Virus record (IMG/VR): IMGVR_UViG_3300037420_000864
Span: 1-41,774 of that record
Length of the DNA stretch: 41,774 nt
Reading direction: 5' to 3' (one strand)
DNA from: a virus
Taxonomy: Duplodnaviria > Caudoviricetes
Program-made: the position numbers and the translations under genes
Part shown: piece after piece, positions 10,013 to 18,407 of the stretch
How positions within the stretch are numbered: the stretch's first letter is position 1
Layout of the letters: every line of letters begins with the position of its first letter
Notes under the pieces: model-generated
Databases searched by the model: none
Told to the model about the DNA's origin: nothing
Seen by the model: the letters and a program-made list of their open reading frames with translations, nothing else

Positions 10013-10495
10013 TTACGCGGGCGTGTGGGTTTCGCTCAGGCTGGCCCGCAAGGTCACCTGAGCAATGACAACGGCGGCGCCGTTTTCGGGATCGCCCAGC
10101 GTGCTGCCGGTTATCTCCAGCGTGCGCAAGCCTTGCGGACGTTCCCGGGGGTTTTCGGCGTGGATCGCACGCACCAGGTCGGCGCGGCCGCGGTGCGCCA
10201 GCAATTCGGCGTTCACGCCCGACTGCAGCGGCACCGCGTACTGCACCGCCACTTCCATATCGCCCGACAGCGTGCGGCGGCCGCTGTTGGCGTCGACGCC
10301 CGCGAACGCGCCGGCCGCCACCGTGGTGTACGGCGTGGTGGCGTTTTCATCCACGGTGGACGTGTCCAGCGTCACTTCGCCGGCGCCCAAGTCGGTGCGA
10401 TAGCCGGCGGCCTGCGTGATGCGGCCGACGATGGCCTGCACGTACTGCAGGACCTGCCACGACAGCGGTTCGGTGACGTCAAACAGCGGCTGCAC
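10013..10495 (-). CDS. Tail terminator protein, gpU-like (~160 aa; start uncertain)
   Basis: GRITQAAGYRTDLG motif; lies between head-tail joining and major tail genes. Confidence 0.65.
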   Translation of the reverse strand: MQPLFDVTEPLSWQVLQYVQAIVGRITQAAGYRTDLGAGEVTLDTSTVDENATTPYTTVAAGAFAGVDANSGRRTLSGDMEVAVQYAVPLQSGVNAELLAHRGRADLVRAIHAENPRERPQGLRTLEITGSTLGDPENGAAVVIAQVTLRASLSETHTPA

Positions 10496-10829
10496 GGCGC
10501 ACCAGCCAGGTCGTTTTCGATTCGTCGCGGCGCACCGGGTCGACCAGTTCGAACCGCTCGCCGTCCACCAGCAGCGTCGCGCCCTTTTGCGGGGCGTCGA
10601 CGTCATCGCGCAGCACTTCGACTTCGTCGTGGCGCGCCAGAATCTGGCCGACGTCGCCGACCACCTGCACGTCGCGGTTGACGAACACGCGCACGTTGGC
10701 CGTGGTCGCCGGATCGGTGGCCGGCACGCCCTTCGCGCGGTATTCGGCGATGCCGGCCAGGCCGGATTCGGCGAACGCTTCGTGCAGTTGCGCGTCCAGT
10801 TCGCGCAGCGCGTCCTGCTGCGTCGTCAT
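10479..10829 (-). CDS. Head-tail joining protein, FII-like (116 aa)
   Basis: ATG at 10829 overlaps spanin stop; beta-rich PQKGATLLVDGERFELV pattern. Confidence 0.7.
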   Translation of the reverse strand: MTTQQDALRELDAQLHEAFAESGLAGIAEYRAKGVPATDPATTANVRVFVNRDVQVVGDVGQILARHDEVEVLRDDVDAPQKGATLLVDGERFELVDPVRRDESKTTWLVRRAAAV

Positions 10830-11137
10830 GGCGCGGCCTCGCTGGTCGGCACTTCGGTGCCCTGCTTGGCCGCGATCGCGCGCAGCTTGGCATTCGCACG
10901 CAGCAGCGCGGCTTTGCGCTGCGCCGACACTTCCGGCATTTCGTGCACGGGCCCTTCGGCGACCGGTTCGGGTGCCGTCAGCTGCGGATCGATCGGCACG
11001 TACACGCGCCGTTCGATCACCACGGGCTTGGGCACGACGGCGCCAGCCTTCGGCAGGTCGGGGCGGGTCATGCCGGGGCAGCCCGCCAGCAGCGCGACCA
11101 GCGCCAGGGCGATCAGTAGCCGGACAGCGCGGGGCAT
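10826..11137 (-). CDS. o-spanin (Rz1-like lipoprotein, 103 aa)
   Basis: Signal peptide with lipobox LLAGC; Pro-rich; overlaps the 3' end of the i-spanin. Confidence 0.85.
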   Translation of the reverse strand: MPRAVRLLIALALVALLAGCPGMTRPDLPKAGAVVPKPVVIERRVYVPIDPQLTAPEPVAEGPVHEMPEVSAQRKAALLRANAKLRAIAAKQGTEVPTSEAAP

Positions 11138-11547
11138 GCGGCCTCCAGTGTCTGCAGCGCCTTCGCGCAGTCGGGCTTGCGCGTTTCGGCCTGATACTTC
11201 GCGGTGAACTGCTGCAGCGTGCGGTCGGCGTTCGCCGCATCCGCCTGCGCCTGCGCGATCGCCCTGCGGTCCTGCTCGCGCAACGTGCGCAGGTCGCCTT
11301 GCGCTTCGGCCAGCGCGTTCTGCAGCGTGGTGACGGTGATGCCCCACGCGCTGTTCGCGGCGTCCAGGTCATTGGCGCGCGACTTCCACGCGTCGCGTTC
11401 GGTGACGGCCGCGGCGCGCTCCGATCGCGCGGTGTCGCGCTCGGCGTGCTGCACCTTGGCGTATCCGCCAGTGGCCACCAGCGCGATCGTCAGCGCCGCG
11501 CACGCGTACAGCAGCGGCGTCACCGTGAACTTGTCGGCGAAACTCAC
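11113..11547 (-). CDS. i-spanin (Rz-like, 144 aa)
   Basis: GTG start overlapping holin stop; N-terminal TM segment, long coiled coil, C-terminal Cys pair. Confidence 0.82.
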   Translation of the reverse strand: MSFADKFTVTPLLYACAALTIALVATGGYAKVQHAERDTARSERAAAVTERDAWKSRANDLDAANSAWGITVTTLQNALAEAQGDLRTLREQDRRAIAQAQADAANADRTLQQFTAKYQAETRKPDCAKALQTLEAACPALSGY

Positions 11548-11876
11548 GGCCGCAGCGCCTTGGGCTGCAGCGCCGGCCAGCGGGCGTACGCGTACGCCTG
11601 CAGGTGCTGGTGGATCGACGGCGCCGCGGCACCGGCAAAAAACGACCAGCCCGCACCCAGCACGCTGGGCTGCAGGCGGTAGCCAATCACCATCACGCCG
11701 ACCAGCACGACGATGCGCAGCAGGCGTTCGGCGTATTGCGCCGGCATCGATTCGGGCAGCAGGTGTGCCAGCAGTTCGGTCGCAGCCAGGCCGATCAGCA
11801 GCGCCAGCACGACGGCGTGGAAGGCCGGGTGCTGCATCGCGATCGCCAGCCGGTCCCACCAGGCAGAAAGGTCCAT
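11544..11876 (-). CDS. Putative holin (110 aa, 2-3 TM segments)
   Basis: Hydrophobic segments; lies between endolysin and spanins with overlapping start/stop codons. Confidence 0.65.
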   Translation of the reverse strand: MDLSAWWDRLAIAMQHPAFHAVVLALLIGLAATELLAHLLPESMPAQYAERLLRIVVLVGVMVIGYRLQPSVLGAGWSFFAGAAAPSIHQHLQAYAYARWPALQPKALRP

Positions 11877-12406
11877 TAGCGCGTTGCCCCCATGGCGTCA
11901 TTGGCGACACGCAGCAGGCTGATCAGGCGACGCGACCAGCCCAGCCCGAACGTGTCATCTAGGGCGTCCAGCAGCATGTATGCGTGCATGCGGCGGGCCG
12001 CCAGTTCGTCGATCGCCTTGCGCAGGTCGGCGCGCTGCGCGGCCTGCACGGTGCGATCGCCCACGCGTCCGTCGACGGACGCACCGACTGCGGCCTGCAG
12101 GAACTGCGCGGCGCGCTCGGGGCCCTGATTCACGGCCGCGTCGAAGGTCAGCAGCGCCAGCGGCAGCGGCAGTTCGTCGCCGCGCACCGGGCGCCAATAC
12201 AGGGCTTCATAGACCTGCAGCGCGTGCGCGCCAGTCAGGTCGCCCACGTTGGCGGGCAGGCCAGCGATCAGCGCGTGCGCGCGATCCAGCGTGGTCTGCG
12301 TCACGCCGTATTTGGTATGGCCACCGGGATCGCGCGGGTGGTCGACTTCGCCACCTTCGACGCCCAGCACGTGGCCGGCGCACCACTGGAAACCGGCGGG
12401 ACTCAT
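11876..12406 (-). CDS. Endolysin, glycoside hydrolase family 108 (176 aa)
   Basis: VEGGEVDHPRDPGGHTKYGVT catalytic EGG motif; FDAAVNQG; C-terminal FGLGWSRR peptidoglycan-binding motif; ATG at 12406. Confidence 0.93.
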   Translation of the reverse strand: MSPAGFQWCAGHVLGVEGGEVDHPRDPGGHTKYGVTQTTLDRAHALIAGLPANVGDLTGAHALQVYEALYWRPVRGDELPLPLALLTFDAAVNQGPERAAQFLQAAVGASVDGRVGDRTVQAAQRADLRKAIDELAARRMHAYMLLDALDDTFGLGWSRRLISLLRVANDAMGATR

Positions 12407-12735
12407 CGGTGCACGCTCCCGGTCGCTGCCGGCGCGGTGCTGCCCTCCAGCACCTGCACGCGGCGTTCCAGTTCGCCCATGCGCCACACCAGGCCGTTGT
12501 CCACCTTGGCGTTCAGCAGCTGCACGGACGCGCTCACGTCTTTGATTTCCAGCCCCTGCGCCCGCTGGCCGTCGCCCTGTTCGCGCAGTTGCCCGCGAAT
12601 GTCCTGCAGCATCGCGCCGCCCAGCACGCTGACCAGCGCCAGCAGGACGGGCATGGCCAGGCGCGCAGCCAGCGATTCCAGGCGCTTGTCGCTGACCGTT
12701 TCGGTGGCCAGCTGCGGTGCGGTCGTGTCGGGCAT
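12403..12735 (-). CDS. Single-TM coiled-coil protein, holin/antiholin-like (110 aa)
   Basis: One TM (LAMPVLLALVSVLGGAML) plus heptad tail; stop overlaps endolysin ATG. Confidence 0.55.
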   Translation of the reverse strand: MPDTTAPQLATETVSDKRLESLAARLAMPVLLALVSVLGGAMLQDIRGQLREQGDGQRAQGLEIKDVSASVQLLNAKVDNGLVWRMGELERRVQVLEGSTAPAATGSVHR

Positions 12736-12759
12736 CGGACGGGCTCAGGCTGCGACGGG

Positions 12760-12800
12760 AAAAAGACCGGCTGCGGCGTCGCTCACTACGCCGCAGCCGG
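12760..12800 (-). terminator. Rho-independent terminator between head genes and lysis cassette
   Basis: 13-bp perfect stem CCGGCTGCGGCGT/ACGCCGCAGCCGG (12767-12800) followed on the minus strand by TCTTTTT. Confidence 0.8.
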
Positions 12801-12806
12801 GTCCAC

Positions 12807-13136
12807 TCAAGCGTTCAGGCGCACCAGCACGGTGGTGGTACTGGCGCCGGCCGCCGCGAACGCGTGGCCCGCGTACACGTTCGGCGCGGTCGCGTCGGTG
12901 GTGATGTTTCCCGGGGTCGCGTCCCAGTAGACCTTCGCGCCCTGCGCGATGTCGTCGGCGCTCGCCTTCGGCAGTTCGAACACGCCGCCGACGCGTACTG
13001 CGACTTCGTCGCCGATCGCGCCGTCACTCAGCGCCACGCCGACGGTGTCGGCCATGACGACGACCGCGCCGGCGATGACGGCGGCGGTCAGGGTGTGGTC
13101 GAACACGTCGCCCACTGCTTTGAAGTTCTTGGCCAT
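12807..13136 (-). CDS. DUF2190-family capsid accessory protein (109 aa)
   Basis: MAKNF...GVA...GVFELPK...G.KVYWD...VRLN pattern; directly after capsid. Confidence 0.85.
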   Translation of the reverse strand: MAKNFKAVGDVFDHTLTAAVIAGAVVVMADTVGVALSDGAIGDEVAVRVGGVFELPKASADDIAQGAKVYWDATPGNITTDATAPNVYAGHAFAAAGASTTTVLVRLNA

Positions 13137-13237
13137 GGTGGCTGTTTCCTGTGCTTGTGTTTCGGTGTCGGGTTAGCTCGGGGCGGGATTACTGCGGGAC
13201 GGCGGGCCCGTTAGCGGGCCCGCGCGTCCCCATCCCG

Positions 13238-15439
13238 TCACGCGCCGGGGTTGTAGGCGCCGCCGCGGTAGTCGGCGACAGCCGGCGCCGCTTCCATGCG
13301 CACCTTGAATTCGATGCCGTCGACGTCCCAGCCGTCCTTTTGCTCCACGGTGGGTTCCTGCTTGCCGTCGCGGTAGGCCACCGCGATCAGCGCGACCGCA
13401 CCCGGGTCGGCGATGCCGTACCACGCGTTCGGGTTGGCCGCATCCAGGCGCGGGTCCTCCAGCACTTCGAACCCGTTGCGCACGTAGTTCGGCGTGGTCG
13501 ACTTGCGATCGGCGCCCACTTCGAATTCGGACGTCTGCACGGTGCGCGCCACGCCGCCCTTGCCGACCGGGACCACCAGGTACTTCAGGCGCACCCGGAT
13601 CGTCTTGCCGCTCGGGGTTTTCTGCGTAGCCATCAGCACGCGCACGCCGTCGACGGTGGCGGTGGTGATCGCGGAGCCCACCACGATGTTGTTGTGGTCG
13701 GCATGGAACAGCGCGACGCCGTCGCCCAGCTGCGGGTTGCCGGTCAGCAGGGCGAAAACACGGTCGCCCACTTCGGTTTTCGCCGCCTCGCCCATCTTGC
13801 GCGGGACCAGCGACAGCTGCGACAGGTCATCGTTCACGATGGCTTCGTGCGTCAGCGCGAACTTGGCGCCGGCCTTCGCCAGCTGGACTTCGGTGCCCAG
13901 TTCGTCGAACTGGCCGTACTTGTATTCCCCGCCTTCCTTCACGACGGAAATGCCGGAGAAATGGCCCAGCGCGGCCAGGCTCGACTTGCGGAAGTCGGGC
14001 ACCGACACGGCCTGCGTGATCAGCGGGAAAATCTCCTCGGCCGCTTCGTAGCCCTGCATGACCGAACGGCGCACGACATTGCCCAGCAGCAGCGGGAAGT
14101 CGGACGACGTGGTGGTGACGGCGGCCTGCACGATCTGCAGGCTGTCCATGCCGCGCACGTTGACGCCGGCGGCCTCGGCGCACGCGCGGGCCATGGCCGA
14201 CATCGGCATGCCGCGGTACGGGTTGGCGCCGTCGGCCTTCGCATCCGGCACGCCGGCACGCGCGCCCAGCGCCTGCGCCATCGCCTCGCGGCGCTTGTCG
14301 GCCTCGTCGCCACCGTTCGGCGTGTGGGCGCCTGCGGCCGGGGCGGCCTGCGCGCCAAGGATCGCCAGGGCGCGGGCGTTGAAGTCGGCCAGTGTGGCGT
14401 TCGGGTCGGCCAGCACTTCGTCGCGCAGCTGCACCATCTGCGCATTGCCGGCGTGCGGACGCGCGGCGGCCAGCACGGCGGTGTTGCGCTCGGCCAGCGC
14501 GGCCATCGCGGCAGCCACTGCGGCGTTCGGGTCGGTGGCGGCGGGGCTCGGGGCGGCCGCCGGATTCGCGGGGTTCGTCATGGTCGGTTCCTGTTGGGAG
14601 CCCGCAGCGGATGCGGCGGGCAGGGTTGCGCCAGCGGCGGCCGGCGAAGGGGTGGCCACGGCCGCCGCGCTCGGGGCGGCAGGCGGCGTGGCAGCGTTGG
14701 GAAGGCGCAGCGCCGCGGCGATCGCGGCGGGCGCGTTGCGTGCGTAGGGCGCGAAGGACGACTGCGCGGCGACCTTGGCCAACGCGGCGGCAGCGGCGTC
14801 GGTGGCGGCGGCGTCCTCCACCACGGTGTCGACCAGGCCCGCGTCCTTCGCTTCGGCCGCGGTGTACCAGTGGTCCTTTCCGTCGGTCAGCAGCGCCAGC
14901 ATTTCGTCGTACGGCCGGCCCGACTTCGCGGCATAGCTGGTGGCCATGGCGCGTGCGTACACGTCCAGCACGTCGGCCATTTCGCGCAGGTCGGTGCTGT
15001 TGCCGACGGCGTACGCCCACGGCGCGTGCACCATCAGCAGCGTGTTGGCCGGCATCGCGACGTTGTCGCCGGCCATGGTGATCAGCGACGCGATGGACGC
15101 GGCGACGCCCTCCACCGACGTGTTGATGGTGGCGGGGTGCCGCTTCAACGCGTTGTAAATCGCGGTGCCGTCGGCGACGCTGCCGCCGTAGCTGTTCACG
15201 CGCACGTTGATGGTGCCCGCGGTGATTTCCGCCAGCTGGCGCACCACGTCGGACGCGGCCACCGACTCGGTCCACCAGTTGTCGCCGATGTCGCCATAGA
15301 TCAGCAGTTCGGCTTCGTCGCTGCCGTCGGCGGCAGCGCGCACTTCCATGCGACCCGGAATGGTGGCGACCGCGCGGCCCGCGGCCTGCGCAGCGATCGC
15401 GGCATGAATCTGCGCCGCCAGTAGCGTCGGCTTCGGCAT
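13238..15439 (-). CDS. ClpP-type prohead protease-scaffold-major capsid fusion (733 aa)
   Basis: IYGDIG, VNSYGGSV, GVAASIAS, LMVHAPW protease motifs; Ala/Pro linker; TTSSDFPLLL, EGGEYKYG, IVNDDL capsid motifs; ATG at 15439. Confidence 0.92.
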   Translation of the reverse strand: MPKPTLLAAQIHAAIAAQAAGRAVATIPGRMEVRAAADGSDEAELLIYGDIGDNWWTESVAASDVVRQLAEITAGTINVRVNSYGGSVADGTAIYNALKRHPATINTSVEGVAASIASLITMAGDNVAMPANTLLMVHAPWAYAVGNSTDLREMADVLDVYARAMATSYAAKSGRPYDEMLALLTDGKDHWYTAAEAKDAGLVDTVVEDAAATDAAAAALAKVAAQSSFAPYARNAPAAIAAALRLPNAATPPAAPSAAAVATPSPAAAGATLPAASAAGSQQEPTMTNPANPAAAPSPAATDPNAAVAAAMAALAERNTAVLAAARPHAGNAQMVQLRDEVLADPNATLADFNARALAILGAQAAPAAGAHTPNGGDEADKRREAMAQALGARAGVPDAKADGANPYRGMPMSAMARACAEAAGVNVRGMDSLQIVQAAVTTTSSDFPLLLGNVVRRSVMQGYEAAEEIFPLITQAVSVPDFRKSSLAALGHFSGISVVKEGGEYKYGQFDELGTEVQLAKAGAKFALTHEAIVNDDLSQLSLVPRKMGEAAKTEVGDRVFALLTGNPQLGDGVALFHADHNNIVVGSAITTATVDGVRVLMATQKTPSGKTIRVRLKYLVVPVGKGGVARTVQTSEFEVGADRKSTTPNYVRNGFEVLEDPRLDAANPNAWYGIADPGAVALIAVAYRDGKQEPTVEQKDGWDVDGIEFKVRMEAAPAVADYRGGAYNPGA

Positions 15440-15441
15440 CG

Positions 15442-16980
15442 TCAGTTCCCTTGTGTGTCGGCAGGCAGTGCGCCGCCGGTTTTCGGTTGCAGGTTGGCGG
15501 CAGCCAGGCGCGCTTCCCACGCGGTCTGCCCTTCGATTACGGCCTGCGGGTCACCGCTGCGGCGGCGGATGATTTCCGGGGTGGTGATCCACAGCCGGTC
15601 CTCTTGGATCGCCAGCGCTTCGACTTCGTGCAGCGGGTTGATCCACGGCATGGCCGGGCGCACGAATGACGCGGCCTGCAGGTAGCGCAGGTCATTCCAG
15701 CCGCGCGGCAGCTTGATCAGGCCGGCGAGTACGGCGGACTCGACGAACTTGCGCCACATGGGTCGCACGCACTGCGCAATGAACAGTTCGCCCAGCACGG
15801 CGTAGCCGGCCCACTGTTCGACAAGCTCCTGCCGCTGCGCCGAATACGTGCCGTTGTAATTGCCGGACAGGCTGCTAAAGGTGACATTCACGCCGCGCGA
15901 CACGGCGCGCAGCTGGCCTTCGCGAAACAGCGCGGCGTTGGGGTTCGGCCGCTTGCTGTCAATCAGGCCGATTTCCTCGCCCGGCAGCAGGTCGTCCATG
16001 ATTAGGCCCGGCGTCATGCGCAGGTCCCGGTATTCCTTTTCCTTGCCGGGCACCACCAGCGAACTGCCCATGCCGGTGCCGTCGCTGCTGCTGCCGAAGT
16101 CCTGCGGCTGGCCCTTGCGAATGAACGCCGTCAGCGACGCCGCGACCTTGGCCGCGATGCGCTCGCTGTCCTCATAGTCCTTGATGTCCTCCAGGCGATT
16201 CATGGCCGACGCGAACAGCGACAGGCCACGCAGCTGGCGGATGCGATCGCGCATGGCCAGGTGTTCGATCGACGACGCCAGCACGCGCTTCGTCGCCGGC
16301 ATGGCGAACACCGCCGCGTCGGACGGGTGCGCCTTGAACAGGTGGTACGCGATCGGGCGGCCCCAGTCGCTGACTTCGATGCCCTGACGGATGCCGCGGC
16401 TGGTGTCGGTCAGTTCCAGCGGCAGCATGTCCGCTTCGATCATCTCGACCGAATACGGCACGCGCGTGCCGTGGTCCAACCCATTCGCGGTTCCCTGCAC
16501 GTGCTGATACAGCGCTTCACCGTCACGCAGCCAGCTGCGGCACAGCAGCTGCTGCATGCTGCCGGCGTCGTGCTGCCACGTGACTTCGGGGCGGTCCCAC
16601 CAGTCGGCGAACAGTTCCGACAAGTCGCGCGCCAGCCCTTCGTCGACAGGCTGGCCCGGCAGGCGCGGCAGCGGTTCGACATCGATGCCGGTGCCCACCA
16701 CGTTGTTCTGCAGTGTGTTCAGCACGCCGCGCGCCAGGTCTAGGTCGCGCTCCAGGTGCCGCGCGGTGTCGCGCAGCTGCCTGTGGTCCATGCCCACGAT
16801 GGTGTTGCCGTCGCCACCGTCGCGGGCCCGCTTGCGGTTGCGGCCGGGCTTCGTGGCTTCATGCACGCCGGCCATGGCGTCCAGCGTGCGGCGCGCCGCG
16901 ATGCGGCGAAGCCCCCAGCTGGGGGCGATCGCGACCGCCATGCGGTCCAGCAGGCCGATGGTGGGCGCCTTGTCGCTCAC
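15442..16980 (-). CDS. Portal protein, lambda family (512 aa)
   Basis: NVVGTGI, IRQGIE..DWGRPIAYH, QLRGLS, YSAQRQELVE, MPWINP..E motifs. Confidence 0.93.
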   Translation of the reverse strand: MSDKAPTIGLLDRMAVAIAPSWGLRRIAARRTLDAMAGVHEATKPGRNRKRARDGGDGNTIVGMDHRQLRDTARHLERDLDLARGVLNTLQNNVVGTGIDVEPLPRLPGQPVDEGLARDLSELFADWWDRPEVTWQHDAGSMQQLLCRSWLRDGEALYQHVQGTANGLDHGTRVPYSVEMIEADMLPLELTDTSRGIRQGIEVSDWGRPIAYHLFKAHPSDAAVFAMPATKRVLASSIEHLAMRDRIRQLRGLSLFASAMNRLEDIKDYEDSERIAAKVAASLTAFIRKGQPQDFGSSSDGTGMGSSLVVPGKEKEYRDLRMTPGLIMDDLLPGEEIGLIDSKRPNPNAALFREGQLRAVSRGVNVTFSSLSGNYNGTYSAQRQELVEQWAGYAVLGELFIAQCVRPMWRKFVESAVLAGLIKLPRGWNDLRYLQAASFVRPAMPWINPLHEVEALAIQEDRLWITTPEIIRRRSGDPQAVIEGQTAWEARLAAANLQPKTGGALPADTQGN

Positions 16981-17204
16981 TCGTCGCCGCCGAAGTTGGC
17001 CTGCCGGAAGCCGGCCAGCTGCCCGCTCGCGCGGGTGGCTTCGGCGTTCACCGAACGCTGCAGCACCGCGATCATGCGGGTGATTTCGCCAAGGTCGGCG
17101 CGCGTCATTTCGCGGCCCATGACCTTGACGGCCTGACCGGATTTCAGCAGCGAAGCTTCCGCCGCCTTGTATGCGTCCAGCCGGGTTTGCGCGTCACTCG
17201 CCAT
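16977..17204 (-). CDS. Head completion protein, gpW-like (75 aa)
   Basis: YKAAE..LL..GQ.V...GREMTRADL motif; directly upstream of portal. Confidence 0.8.
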   Translation of the reverse strand: MASDAQTRLDAYKAAEASLLKSGQAVKVMGREMTRADLGEITRMIAVLQRSVNAEATRASGQLAGFRQANFGGDE

Positions 17205-17339
17205 GCCGCACAGGTTCGCGGCCGGCCCGTCCACAAACTAGGCACGCACGCGAACGCCGCGTGAAGGAACCCCGCGCGGCGTCTACGTTCTAGCGGATCG
17301 CGTCCACGATTTTCGTGGAACCGTGGACGCGCGGGTGTT

Positions 17340-17612
17340 TCACACCTGCGTGATCGACTCCACCACGCCGTCGCGCACCACGATCAGCACGGCATGGCCG
17401 TCGGGGCGGTAATACTCCCACCGTTCGCCGGCGGCGGCGCCGCGGCGGTTTTCCAGCTGCACGATGCGGTCGGCCTTGCCGGCCACCTGCACCAGCGTCG
17501 CGATGCTGTCGCCCACCGCCACCAGGCGATTGCCGAAGCGCATGGACGTGTCGGCGAATGCGGTGCCGGTGATCAGCAGCAGGGCCAGCAGGATCGGTGC
17601 GGTGCGCTTCAT
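17340..17612 (-). CDS. Exported DUF2845-like protein (moron, 90 aa)
   Basis: Signal peptide ending AFA; SMRFGNRLVAVGDS...G...ERWEY...G.V.SI pattern. Confidence 0.75.
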   Translation of the reverse strand: MKRTAPILLALLLITGTAFADTSMRFGNRLVAVGDSIATLVQVAGKADRIVQLENRRGAAAGERWEYYRPDGHAVLIVVRDGVVESITQV

Positions 17613-17642
17613 GGTGTGCCATCCGGGGCGGGTTCGGCGCGA

Positions 17643-17671
17643 ACGCTACCCGGGCCCGCGTCGGTGATCAA
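17643..17671 (-). promoter_or_regulatory. Sigma70-like promoter of the DUF2845-like moron
   Basis: TTGATC-17 nt-TAGCGT, 30 nt upstream of the ATG. Confidence 0.55.
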
Positions 17672-18093
17672 GTGACCGGGCCGCCGTCGACCACCGACCA
17701 CCCCGCCTCACGCATGCGCCGTTCGGTGTTCGATTCGATCGCCAGTGCGTCCCAGCAGCGCCGGCACAGCGGCACGTCGTCCACGTCGCGGAACTCGACG
17801 GGGCCACAGTCGGGCGCGTCGGATTCGCAGCGCTCAGACACCGGCAGCTTGGCTTCGATCATTTCCCGCAGCACCGCATTCCGCGCCACCATGCGTTCGG
17901 CGTCCGCATAGTCCGCGACGCGTGCGTGGCTGCACTGCCAGCACAGGCAGCCGGGCTTTTCGCATCCGGGCCAGTGCGCCGGCGGCCCCGGCGGCGGCAG
18001 GTTCGGCGGTCGACACTCGGGCGGCGGCAGGATCACCGCCAGCACGATGGCGACCACCAGCACCAGCGCCACCACTACGGTCGCGATGATCAT
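17668..18093 (-). CDS. Membrane-anchored Cys-rich hypothetical protein (141 aa)
   Basis: ATGA overlap with Mor gene; N-terminal hydrophobic run, Pro-rich linker, two Cys clusters. Confidence 0.6.
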   Translation of the reverse strand: MIIATVVVALVLVVAIVLAVILPPPECRPPNLPPPGPPAHWPGCEKPGCLCWQCSHARVADYADAERMVARNAVLREMIEAKLPVSERCESDAPDCGPVEFRDVDDVPLCRRCWDALAIESNTERRMREAGWSVVDGGPVT

Positions 18094-18407
18094 GCGGCGG
18101 CATCCTTGCGGGGCTTGGGCAGGCCGCCCGGGAACAGTTCGTACAGCTTCGTGCGCGACAGCCCGAAGTCGTGGCGCACCTGCTCGGGCGTGCGCCCGGA
18201 CTCCAGCGCGGCGGCAATCTGCAGCACCGGATACGTGCGCGCCGGCGCGGGGACGTACATATTCCGGCCGCCGTATTCCCGCTGCAGGACCGTCAGCAGG
18301 CCATTGGCGATCGGCAGCGCCAGCACTTCGCGCATGCCGGTGGTTTCGACGATGCCGCGCAGCAGTTCGGTGCGCAACGCTTCGGTGCGGTCAGTCTCAC
18401 GCGTCAC
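18090..18407 (-). CDS. Mor/C-family transcription activator (105 aa)
   Basis: YGGRNMYVP motif plus C-terminal HTH (PEQVRHDFGLSRTKLYEL). Confidence 0.8.
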   Translation of the reverse strand: MTRETDRTEALRTELLRGIVETTGMREVLALPIANGLLTVLQREYGGRNMYVPAPARTYPVLQIAAALESGRTPEQVRHDFGLSRTKLYELFPGGLPKPRKDAAA

